64,000 nucleotides of DNA from a virus (Duplodnaviria; Caudoviricetes), in IMG/VR virus record IMGVR_UViG_3300027913_000117, positions 5,750 to 69,749 of that record; one strand, given 5' to 3'. A program made the translations under genes and the position numbers. Within the stretch, counting starts at the first letter, position 1. Each line of letters starts with the position of its first letter. This document shows positions 1 through 7,600 of this stretch, in pieces. The notes beneath the pieces were generated by a model. The model was not told the origin of the DNA, searched no databases, and saw only the letters and a program-made list of their open reading frames with translations.

Positions 1-379
1 CATCAATTTGGTTTATTCCTTTAACCTCTCCACTAAGTCCGAATCTTTCCATATTTGTTCCAACAAATATAGCAGGTCCACCTGATGGATCTACCATGTT
101 GAACTCACCCACTTTTGAAAATACCAAGTGGGCATATTTTTTTGTTATTGGTCCCGGTTGATATTTGTCGTCGTACTCATGAACTTTATTCATAAACTCA
201 CCAAGGGTTAATCTCTCGTCAGTATCCACGTCATTTGAATAGGCTTCATATGCTTTCGAATAGTCATTCGGATATCCAATTCTGACGTACTGAAATGCAC
301 CAGTCCATTTAATTCCATCTGGGGTTTCTTCGAACTCAAAGATATCCCCGTACCTGTTTTTATATGTTGTCTTTTTCAT
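1..379 (-). CDS. hypothetical phage protein, 3'-truncated by window edge (MKKTTYKNRYGDIFEF...NMVDPSGGPAIF...)
   Basis: Manually translated: ATG at 379-377, open frame to position 2 with no stop; absent from ORF track because it runs off the window. Confidence 0.8.
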   Translation of the reverse strand, partial: MKKTTYKNRYGDIFEFEETPDGIKWTGAFQYVRIGYPNDYSKAYEAYSNDVDTDERLTLGEFMNKVHEYDDKYQPGPITKKYAHLVFSKVGEFNMVDPSGGPAIFVGTNMERFGLSGEVKGINQID

Positions 380-458
380 ACTTTAATGTGTTAATTGGTC
401 TTTAATGACGCATAAATCCACCATTATATACCTTAAAGCACACTTTATTGTGATTTTG

Positions 459-644
459 CGAAGAAGATAGGACTCGAACCTACACGTCATTTGTGGTTTT
501 CTCTATTTACGAATGCAATCGTACCACCAGCGTTTTACTACTCCTAATGAAAATCCGCTTACCTCTTTTCATTAATATCAGCCTTGCGGGCCAATGTTAG
601 CGTCTACCACGTCAGGGAAATCCCTAACCTTCCGCCACCCCTTC
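459..644 (-). ncRNA. expanded tRNA-like element 1 (186 nt)
   Basis: Minus strand: acceptor GAAGGGG/CTTCTTC (7 bp incl. 2 G-U), T arm GTAGG-TTCGAGT-CCTAT, Leu-type D arm TGGCGGAA...TGGTAGACGC with inserted hairpin, 116-nt structured segment replacing anticodon/variable arms. Confidence 0.75.
600..639. repeat. 40-nt direct repeat copy 1 (D arm plus inserted hairpin of tRNA-like element)
   Basis: gcgtctaccacgtcagggaaatccctaaccttccgccacc; 39/40 identical to 863-902. Confidence 0.95.
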
Positions 645-761
645 ATGTACGGGTCTTTCCCCGTCTGTCACTCCTCGCACTTTGCGCATCAATTAGGAAT
701 TGCTTCCGAAAAGCTTCTCCGCTTATCTATTGTAGCTGCGACTGGAGTTCTCACTACCTCG

Positions 762-907
762 TGCTCAGGGATGGATTCGAACCATCATGGGATTTACTCT
801 TTTGGACACCCTACCACTAGCAAGGAGGTTTTACATTTCTATAAAGCCTCCGAGTGGCATTTGCGTCTACCATGTCAGGGAAATCCCTAACCTTCCGCCA
901 CCTGAGC
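762..907 (-). ncRNA. expanded tRNA-like element 2 (146 nt)
   Basis: Minus strand: perfect acceptor GCTCAGG/CCTGAGC plus discriminator A, perfect T arm GATGG-TTCGAAT-CCATC, same D-loop hairpin insert, 76-nt middle with nested stems TGCCACT/AGTGGTA, GGAGG/CCTCC, TTTA/TAAA. Confidence 0.75.
863..902. repeat. 40-nt direct repeat copy 2
   Basis: gcgtctaccatgtcagggaaatccctaaccttccgccacc. Confidence 0.95.
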
Positions 908-994
908 GTGTTGCCCGTCTTTCCGAGATGTCAACCACTTGTAAGATTCGTTATGTGCAGTACTATCTTACCAATCCTCTTATGGCCGATTTTG

Positions 995-1074
995 TAGTCA
1001 GGACAGGATTCGAACCTGTAAGCACGGGATTTGCCGTCCCGTGGCGTTAGCCGTAGTGTTTCCGCCACCTGACT
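995..1074 (-). tRNA. atypical tRNA / pseudo-tRNA, GCA (Cys-like) anticodon loop
   Basis: Acceptor AGTCAGG/CCTGACT, T arm ACAGG-TTCGAAT-CCTGT, D stem GCG/CGC with 16-nt loop, 6-bp anticodon stem ACGGGA/TCCCGT with loop CGGCAAA (G33 instead of U33); no encoded CCA. Confidence 0.6.
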
Positions 1075-1079
1075 ATGTT

Positions 1080-1364
1080 GCCTTTTTAAACGACGTTGAG
1101 AAGGCTAACTCTATCTCCTATACGATGAGAACGGGGCTAATCCCGTGTTTTACGATCCCCTCGCGAGCGGGGCTAATATTTTAGACATATTGTGCCATTT
1201 TGTGCTGAAATAGCCAACATGTTAGCTTTAAAGGAACCCAAGCAGTGTCGGTTAATTACTCCGTCTTACTTGGGTGTGTTGATGGTTATGGATTCCCACC
1301 AACTAGAATGACCATAGAGCATGTCGCGCTTGATGGTACATAGCCTACCGATGCTATCGATAGG
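1080..1364 (-). ncRNA. candidate structured ncRNA (about ten consecutive hairpins)
   Basis: No ORF; hairpins such as CCTATCGAT/ATCGGTAGG, GTTGGTGG/CCATCAAC, AGCTAAC/GTTGGCT, ACCCAAG/CTTGGGT, ACGGG/CCCGT; imperfect pairs are G-U on the minus strand. Confidence 0.45.
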
Positions 1365-1372
1365 GTTGATCT

Positions 1373-1597
1373 TTATGATAATTGTACTCCATTATCAAAT
1401 GCGATTTCGCGAATCTTATCTCTTACATCTTCCAAACCTTTTAGATATTGTGTAGGGACTTCGTCTGGTGCGTACTTTGTGTTAGTGCGTAACCAATTAT
1501 CTAGATCTTCTACAACATTTCTCCAATTGTGTCCGTTTATTGCATTTTCAAACGACTCTTGTTCTTCGGGTAAATGAAATTCTAATGTCGCTTTCAT
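1373..1597 (-). CDS. hypothetical protein (74 aa, MKATLEFHLPEEQESF...)
   Basis: ORF track 1373-1633 starts at TTG; ATG at 1597 preceded by an A/T-rich leader is the more likely start. Confidence 0.8.
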   Translation of the reverse strand: MKATLEFHLPEEQESFENAINGHNWRNVVEDLDNWLRTNTKYAPDEVPTQYLKGLEDVRDKIREIAFDNGVQLS

Positions 1598-1692
1598 GGT
1601 TTCAAAGTTAAGTCTTGTTCTGAAACCCCGCAAACTTCTTGTGTCATATTTGTGTCATAATTTTGTCGCAAATCTTATCAACTTTTGAGACA

Positions 1693-2310
1693 TCAATCAG
1701 TAATCAACTTTCTGGCTTTCTTGATGTGTTCAAACTCGGCATCGAAATACTTAAAGCCTGGAACCAAGTTCTTGCTGTCAAATGTAGCCAGGTCATTATA
1801 CATCAAAAACTCATGATCTATATTAAAACTAAAACCAATCAATAAGGAGAGCTCTATTGGACTATCTACCGCTTCAGACATCATATCCATCACTCGTTGT
1901 GTTCTACTCGTTGTAATGCGCTGAAAAGTGCATGATTTGATGAATTCGTCCATCTCTTCTTTTCGGATTTCGTGTTTGGCTAACAAATACTCAATGTTAT
2001 TCATTAAATTATGAGCAACTCTTACCGTAAACTTCTCTTTGGTTCTAGAGAAAATCTCACGCATAGCCATCTTTAAGTATTGCTTCTCTACTAACAAACC
2101 ACGGTTCTGTTTTAAAATGGTTGGAATAATCTCCGGAGTATCTAATCTTAAGATCTCCTTAATAGGCATCATTTTCAACCTTTCCTTTTTTTGAACTACT
2201 TTTTTCTCAACCGGTTTCTTTTTTATTGGTTTGACCGCTTTTGGTAGTTTTAAGGGTTTTGTTTCTAGTTCTTTATTCTCTTCTAGTAGTCTTTTTAGTA
2301 AATCTTCCAT
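1693..2310 (-). CDS. hypothetical protein, Lys-rich N-terminus (205 aa)
   Basis: Long ORF with ATG and phage-like composition. Confidence 0.8.
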   Translation of the reverse strand: MEDLLKRLLEENKELETKPLKLPKAVKPIKKKPVEKKVVQKKERLKMMPIKEILRLDTPEIIPTILKQNRGLLVEKQYLKMAMREIFSRTKEKFTVRVAHNLMNNIEYLLAKHEIRKEEMDEFIKSCTFQRITTSRTQRVMDMMSEAVDSPIELSLLIGFSFNIDHEFLMYNDLATFDSKNLVPGFKYFDAEFEHIKKARKLITD

Positions 2311-2380
2311 ATATTTAGTTTGAAGAGTGCATAGTTAACTCTTTATCTGTGAAATAGACTTTTCAAAACCGATTGAAACT

Positions 2381-2546
2381 TCTATCAACAGATCTGGGAC
2401 CAGTACCCGGCCAAATCAACAGTTCCCTCTGCGCCCCTTTCTTATGTATTCGTCTTAGTGTACAATCCGATCATATCACTAAAGACTGGGTGTCTTTGGG
2501 TCAGCAGCACAATTCCTCCGAAGAGTTTCACAGACCTGTTGATAGA
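2381..2546 (-). ncRNA. candidate rod-shaped ncRNA (6S-like architecture)
   Basis: 16-bp closing stem TCTATCAACAGGTCTG/CAGATCTGTTGATAGA (one G-U on minus strand), CTC-TTCG-GAG hairpin, inner stem, A-rich bubble, apical stem GTCTTTAGTG/CACTAAGAC. Confidence 0.45.
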
Positions 2547-2710
2547 GTCACATCAGAGCAGGATTTTTTTAACGTGCCACCGTTTGATTCAACATATAAC
2601 AAAGAGCTGAATTTTACCGTCCGTTTTTTATAAATCTCAAACACATGGCTTAAAATTTAGGTACAGACCTCACAACCATCAACTAGGAACCCTTGTTACA
2701 GGTTTTTTAG

Positions 2711-2781
2711 TTGCGCAGCCTGGAGTCGAACCAAGAGTACAGGATCATGAGTCCTGCGTGTTACCATTACACTACCGCGCA
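2711..2781 (-). tRNA. tRNA with CAT anticodon (elongator Met or Ile2)
   Basis: TGCGCGG-TA-GTGT-AATGGTA-ACAC-G-CAGGA-CTCATGA-TCCTG-TACT-CTTGG-TTCGACT-CCAGG-CTGCGCA-A; canonical cloverleaf, followed by CTA rather than CCA. Confidence 0.9.
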
Positions 2782-2882
2782 AAATGAGCCCACCTACCTA
2801 AAAGAACTTTAAGTTGCAGATAAAGAAGATTTTAGAAAAGAATAGATGGGCTAAATATCTTTCAACTTCTCTACCTGCGCTA

Positions 2883-2914
2883 CAAACATAATACAAAAAA
2901 ATCAAAAAAACAAA
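2883..2914 (-). promoter_or_regulatory. Bacteroidota housekeeping-sigma promoter driving the tRNA/ncRNA locus
   Basis: Minus strand TTTG(2914-2911)-N20-TATGTTTG(2890-2883). Confidence 0.75.
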
Positions 2915-2946
2915 TCCCGCAAATTCTTCTATCCTTTTTCTGTAAA

Positions 2947-2978
2947 TTTGGATATGTGTAACTAATTCACTATATTTG
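2947..2978 (+). promoter_or_regulatory. Bacteroidota promoter upstream of portal
   Basis: TTTG(2947-2950)-N20-TATATTTG(2971-2978). Confidence 0.8.
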
Positions 2979-2995
2979 CGAAATAAGACTTATAA

Positions 2996-5185
2996 ATGAG
3001 ACCGGATTTAAGAGAACAACCAGATCAGTTCGTCCCAGAGAATAAAAAAGACCAACTCTGGTATACTGAGAATGCTAGATATGTTGCCTCTAAGTATAAC
3101 ACACAGTTCAACAGTTTAGGATTCCGGAATGCGTCTGTCAACTACGACAAACCGATTGACGAAATGTTGCGTTTGTTCACTTACTATTTGGGCAAGCAAG
3201 AGAATCGCGACTACTACTATACCACTCAGGACCAGACCGGTTGTGAACTTCCTACTGTTTGGATCAACGGACAGAAACTTACGTCCATGATTGACTTCAT
3301 GTTGGGAACTGGAATCAAGATGATTGAGAACATCGAACCCAGCGTTAAGGCCATCTCCAGAACAGCAGTGAATAAAAAGACACTCGACATGGAACTGGCT
3401 CTTTTAAAAGTAGAGTTCGCGAATGTCTTCAAACAAATGGAAGAAGATTTCGGAGTTAGTGTTAACCCGATGGGAACCAAAGAGTTCGAACTTCCTGAAG
3501 AAGTCATGAAGTACATGCAGTACGACTATAAACAGTACGGTGAAGAAATAGCTTATGACATGATCATGGATATTTTACATCGTAACAAGTTCATGAACAA
3601 GTACAAGCAGGCTTTCTTCTACACGCTTTTGGCCGGGGTTGTCGGAATCGAAAACTTGATTATCAATAAAAAGCAAACCAAGAAAATCATTCTTCCTTAT
3701 AACTTGATTTGGGATAACACCTTTGATGATGATTTAAACGAAGGAGCAAGATTTGTTGGAAAAATCGACTGGATTACACCTGGGGAAATTGTTTCTAACC
3801 CATATTACACCAGACAGTTAACTGAAGCAGAAGTAAATGAGATCAAAAAGTTGACACCTGATAACATCGATAAGTTATTGGGAGAAGACAATATCACAAC
3901 CAATAAGTTGAAGTGGTACTGGAATAACAACGGTGTTCCATCCATTGCCGCAACTACTTGTTATTGGATTGGTTACAAAGAATTAAGATACGAGAAAACC
4001 AAGGATAAGTACGGTAACACCCATTTGGGTAAAATCAAAGGTGCTGCTACATCCCAGTATTGGGTGAAGACTGTTTACAAAGCTACATTGTTGGCTAATA
4101 AATACGTGGTAGACTTTGGAGAAGTAGAGAACATCGTTAGAAAATCAGACGACATCAACGACGTTCAACTTCCAATCACTGTTTTCATTCCTAACATGGT
4201 TATGGGAGAGTCTAGATCGATTGCATCTCGTCTTCACAAACACCAGGACCGTATCGATTTCTTAAACAACGAAATCACAAAAACAATTACCAGAGCTAAG
4301 GGTAAGGTTTTTGTATTGAATAAGAACAAGTTAGGAAGTGCTACATCTCAAGAAGTGTTAAACGACTTCGAAAGAATCGGTATCCATATTTCTGACGGTG
4401 GTGCTACTGGGGAAGACCCAATTGCAGCAGATAATAATCGTATTGTTGAGGTAGTTGATATGACATTGGACCCTAACGTACAACAGTTGCTTTCGTTGAA
4501 GCGCGAAGAAGAGCGAATCATGGAAGAGATTGTAAACGTACCAAAGGTGGCTATGGGACAACAACAAGGTTATGTTGGAGCCAAAACACAGGCCGGAAGT
4601 ATTGCTCAGTCTAACTTAGGTACTGCTTACTTGTATCAAGGCTTTATTCAGTTTATTGAAAGAGATCTTCAGTATGCCTTGAACCAGTTCAAAGTTTCTT
4701 TACTTGCAAACGAGGACGAAGACATACCGGTTGTTGGAGATCGCGGAATGAATTTCCTAAAAATCACCAAAGATTTCATGTTTGAGGATTTTGGTATTTA
4801 CGTTAAGGTAAAAGACTTCATTGATGAACAGGCTAAAGAGAGATTGTTGTTTATCGCGCAAGCCGCAATGCAGAACCAGGCTATTGATATGCTTGACTAC
4901 ATAGCGATTGAGACTTCTAAAACATATGCTGAACTTCAAAATCAATTACGTTACGCGATTGAGAAGAAGCAAAGAAAGATGGAAGAGCAACAGCAGATTC
5001 AAATGATGATGCAGCAAGCGCAAATGGAGCAACAACAACAATTACAACAAGATATGGTTGCGGCTAAAGAGCAAGGTAATAACTACCGGGCTGAACTTAA
5101 GGCAACTCAACAAGCACCTGCTGCGTCTAATGCTGTGGCTGAACAACCTGCTCCGGAAGGAGAGATGGTCGGAGGCCCCCAATAG
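2996..5185 (+). CDS. portal protein (crAss-like type)
   Basis: 729 aa, first gene of head module, Gln-rich coiled-coil C-terminus, portal-scaffold-MCP synteny. Confidence 0.8.
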   Translation: MRPDLREQPDQFVPENKKDQLWYTENARYVASKYNTQFNSLGFRNASVNYDKPIDEMLRLFTYYLGKQENRDYYYTTQDQTGCELPTVWINGQKLTSMIDFMLGTGIKMIENIEPSVKAISRTAVNKKTLDMELALLKVEFANVFKQMEEDFGVSVNPMGTKEFELPEEVMKYMQYDYKQYGEEIAYDMIMDILHRNKFMNKYKQAFFYTLLAGVVGIENLIINKKQTKKIILPYNLIWDNTFDDDLNEGARFVGKIDWITPGEIVSNPYYTRQLTEAEVNEIKKLTPDNIDKLLGEDNITTNKLKWYWNNNGVPSIAATTCYWIGYKELRYEKTKDKYGNTHLGKIKGAATSQYWVKTVYKATLLANKYVVDFGEVENIVRKSDDINDVQLPITVFIPNMVMGESRSIASRLHKHQDRIDFLNNEITKTITRAKGKVFVLNKNKLGSATSQEVLNDFERIGIHISDGGATGEDPIAADNNRIVEVVDMTLDPNVQQLLSLKREEERIMEEIVNVPKVAMGQQQGYVGAKTQAGSIAQSNLGTAYLYQGFIQFIERDLQYALNQFKVSLLANEDEDIPVVGDRGMNFLKITKDFMFEDFGIYVKVKDFIDEQAKERLLFIAQAAMQNQAIDMLDYIAIETSKTYAELQNQLRYAIEKKQRKMEEQQQIQMMMQQAQMEQQQQLQQDMVAAKEQGNNYRAELKATQQAPAASNAVAEQPAPEGEMVGGPQ

Positions 5186-5205
5186 AATAGAAGGAAGTTG
5201 ACATA

Positions 5206-5237
5206 TTTGCATATTTAAAATGTTTATTGTATATTTG
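5206..5237 (+). promoter_or_regulatory. Bacteroidota promoter upstream of scaffold/MCP
   Basis: TTTG(5206-5209)-N20-TATATTTG(5230-5237). Confidence 0.8.
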
Positions 5238-5263
5238 CGAACAACGATAAGAATATAGATTTT

Positions 5264-6244
5264 ATGTCAGATACTTACAAATCGATCTTTGATGAAATAA
5301 TCAAAAATCAACCAGATCAGGCAGGTGAAACGCCCGCTGGTCAACAACCTCAAGTTAATCCAGAACCTCAACCAGAGCCACAGCCGGAACCACAACCCGA
5401 GCCTCAGCCTGAACCAAAACCGGAACCACAACCTGATTCCCAAAACTCCGAGGGGTCTCAGAACCCTAAAGAATGGTATGAGGAAGAGGACACTGATCCA
5501 GAACCAAACCCTGTAGATAAGAATACCCAGAACCCAACTCCGACTCCTACCGCACAAGAGGAAGAAGACGAGGACATTCAATTAATCAAAGAATTTAAAA
5601 AGCAAGGAAAATCACTCAAGGACTTCGTAAAAGAATACAATGTAGTTGATTACAACTCTATGGACGATAAGAAAATCGTCGAACTTGGCTTAAGAGAACT
5701 CGAAGGTTTTTCCGGAGATGAACTCGAAGATGCAAGTGCAGAGATCGAATCAATGTCATTGTTCCAAAAGAAAAAACTAGTACAAGAGTATCGCGCAAAG
5801 TTCAATCAGATTAACGAAGAGAAGTTGAAAAAACTTTCTAGCGTTGAAATCAAACAGAACGATCAGCAAGAGAAGATAGTACAGCGTTTTAATACCGAAC
5901 TTGAAAGTACAGTGAAGACCATTGAAAATCAGGAACGTTATGGCTTAAAGATTACAGACGAAATGTCAAAGTCTTTGCGCAAATACGTGGCTGAAGAAAT
6001 GAACTTCCAAAGACCCGATGGTTCACTTGATGTCGAGGCCCTCCTCGATGTAGCGATCTGGCGCAAATACGGTAAAGATATCGTAAGAGCAAATGTAACC
6101 AGAGCGAAGAATGAGGGACGCGAAGAGATTCTAAGACAAACTACGAATCCTTCAACTGGTATGAATCCTTCAAACGCTACTGCTGGAATGTCCAACGGTA
6201 ACTTTGAGGATGAATTTAACAACTATTTAAAGAATAAAAGATAA
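5264..6244 (+). CDS. putative capsid scaffolding protein
   Basis: 326 aa, acidic, disordered PE/PQ N-terminus, helical C-terminus, immediately upstream of MCP. Confidence 0.65.
   Translation: MSDTYKSIFDEIIKNQPDQAGETPAGQQPQVNPEPQPEPQPEPQPEPQPEPKPEPQPDSQNSEGSQNPKEWYEEEDTDPEPNPVDKNTQNPTPTPTAQEEEDEDIQLIKEFKKQGKSLKDFVKEYNVVDYNSMDDKKIVELGLRELEGFSGDELEDASAEIESMSLFQKKKLVQEYRAKFNQINEEKLKKLSSVEIKQNDQQEKIVQRFNTELESTVKTIENQERYGLKITDEMSKSLRKYVAEEMNFQRPDGSLDVEALLDVAIWRKYGKDIVRANVTRAKNEGREEILRQTTNPSTGMNPSNATAGMSNGNFEDEFNNYLKNKR
5360..5431 (+). repeat. 12-nt coding tandem repeat, (PEPQ)x6-like
   Basis: ccagaacctcaa ccagagccacag ccggaaccacaa cccgagcctcag cctgaaccaaaa ccggaaccacaa. Confidence 0.9.
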
Positions 6245-7587
6245 TGGCTGGAAATGTAACAACCCTTGATATTAGCAAAAGCTTACTATTAAAGGGACTA
6301 TCGTTGCCTAACAAAATGGCGATGGTTTATGCTCAAGACTATGGGTATAACGTATTGACTCAATTGACTTCAAAACTTGGTCCGAGTATTTCTACTCCTC
6401 AAGCAAAAGTTGAAATCAGTTCTATTGGAAATCTTTCTGTGTACTCTGCTGTAACTGCGGTTGCTGCTGGTGGTACTGGAGAGCTTTTAGTTACTGTTGC
6501 AAACTCTGAGAACTTCCGTCCTGGTGATATCATCGCGGACTCTAACTTGGTTCAAGGTATTGTAATCGAAAAAACTGCTACTGCTAACCAATTACGTGTT
6601 AAGAGTGTAACTACCACTTTGAGTTCTTCTTTGCACTTCTTGGCTGGTCATATTGCAAAAGTAATGTTTGACGCATCTGCTAACCGTTTATCTTACGGTA
6701 AGCCTGCATTGAACATCGTGCCTAACACTGACTTCACTTACACTGCTGTAACTCGTGAAAGCTCAACTCAAGCACGTCGTGACCGTATTTCGTCTTTCGT
6801 AAAATGGCAAGGTGACTTCTGGTATCGCTCTTGGGACGATTTAACTTTACGTCGATTCGCTAAGTCTTTGGAATACAAGTATGCTTTCTCTGAGCGTGCT
6901 ATCTTCTCTGGACCTCATGGTGAGACTTACTCAACTGCTGGTTTACGTTGGTCTATCATCAACAACGGTGGTACTTACTTACCATTGACTTCTGAATTGA
7001 CTCAAACTGTGTTCAACGACTTCTTAGAATCTTTGGTTCGTAAGACAGCTGAAAACGGTCGTCGTTTGGTTGCAATGATGGGTTCTGCTGCTATGGCTCG
7101 TTTGCAAACAATCTTAGGTGACTACATCAAGTATGCTGGTACTCAGAATACTTTCGGTGGTGCATCTGTAGAAGGTTTGAACGTAATGACTTACAGCTAT
7201 GCTGGTATGACAATCGAATTCGTTCGTTGGGCTTTATTGGACGACGACATGTGGAAAGTTGAATTGTCAAGCATCACTGGTAAGCCAAAGCAGTCACACT
7301 CCATCTACTTCATGGATATGACTCCATTGCCTGCTGCTGACGGTAGCGGATCTTTGTCTCCATTGCAGAAGTACCACTTCAACAATGACGAGATGATTGC
7401 TAACTACGTACCAGGTATGGTAGGTTTGGAAGATTCTAGTCCTTCTAGCATCAAGCAAACAATCGCTGGCTCTCAATTGGTTTCTTTGGGAACTAATGAT
7501 ACCGACGGTGTTGACTTCCATATCTTGTCTGACTGTGGTCTTTACGTAGCTGCTGACCGTATGGGTCTGATTGAATTAGTACTCTAA
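6244..7587 (+). CDS. major capsid protein
   Basis: 447 aa, strongly biased high-expression codons (GCT, GGT, ACT, CGT), position after scaffold. Confidence 0.8.
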   Translation: MAGNVTTLDISKSLLLKGLSLPNKMAMVYAQDYGYNVLTQLTSKLGPSISTPQAKVEISSIGNLSVYSAVTAVAAGGTGELLVTVANSENFRPGDIIADSNLVQGIVIEKTATANQLRVKSVTTTLSSSLHFLAGHIAKVMFDASANRLSYGKPALNIVPNTDFTYTAVTRESSTQARRDRISSFVKWQGDFWYRSWDDLTLRRFAKSLEYKYAFSERAIFSGPHGETYSTAGLRWSIINNGGTYLPLTSELTQTVFNDFLESLVRKTAENGRRLVAMMGSAAMARLQTILGDYIKYAGTQNTFGGASVEGLNVMTYSYAGMTIEFVRWALLDDDMWKVELSSITGKPKQSHSIYFMDMTPLPAADGSGSLSPLQKYHFNNDEMIANYVPGMVGLEDSSPSSIKQTIAGSQLVSLGTNDTDGVDFHILSDCGLYVAADRMGLIELVL

Positions 7588-7600
7588 TAGATTAAAAGAA

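Noticed and set aside
459-644. tmRNA interpretation of the expanded tRNA-like elements
   Set aside because: No G3-U70 alanine identity pair, a D stem is present, and no tag reading frame is evident; too short.
600-902. 40-nt direct repeats as a mini CRISPR array
   Set aside because: Only two copies, 223 nt apart, each embedded in a tRNA-like fold; no cas genes or spacer-sized intervals.
584-1050. Plus-strand ORFs 584-820, 594-890, 787-1050 (sharing YHVREIPNLPPP)
   Set aside because: They are antisense to the tRNA-like elements; the shared peptide merely reflects the 40-nt repeat.
2373-2633. Plus-strand 86-aa ORF; also hammerhead (CTGATG..GAAAC) and RNase P (GAGGAA) look-alike words here
   Set aside because: TTG start, atypical composition and overlap with the structured minus-strand element; ribozyme cores are incomplete (CTGATGT not CTGATGA; no RNase P P4 partner).
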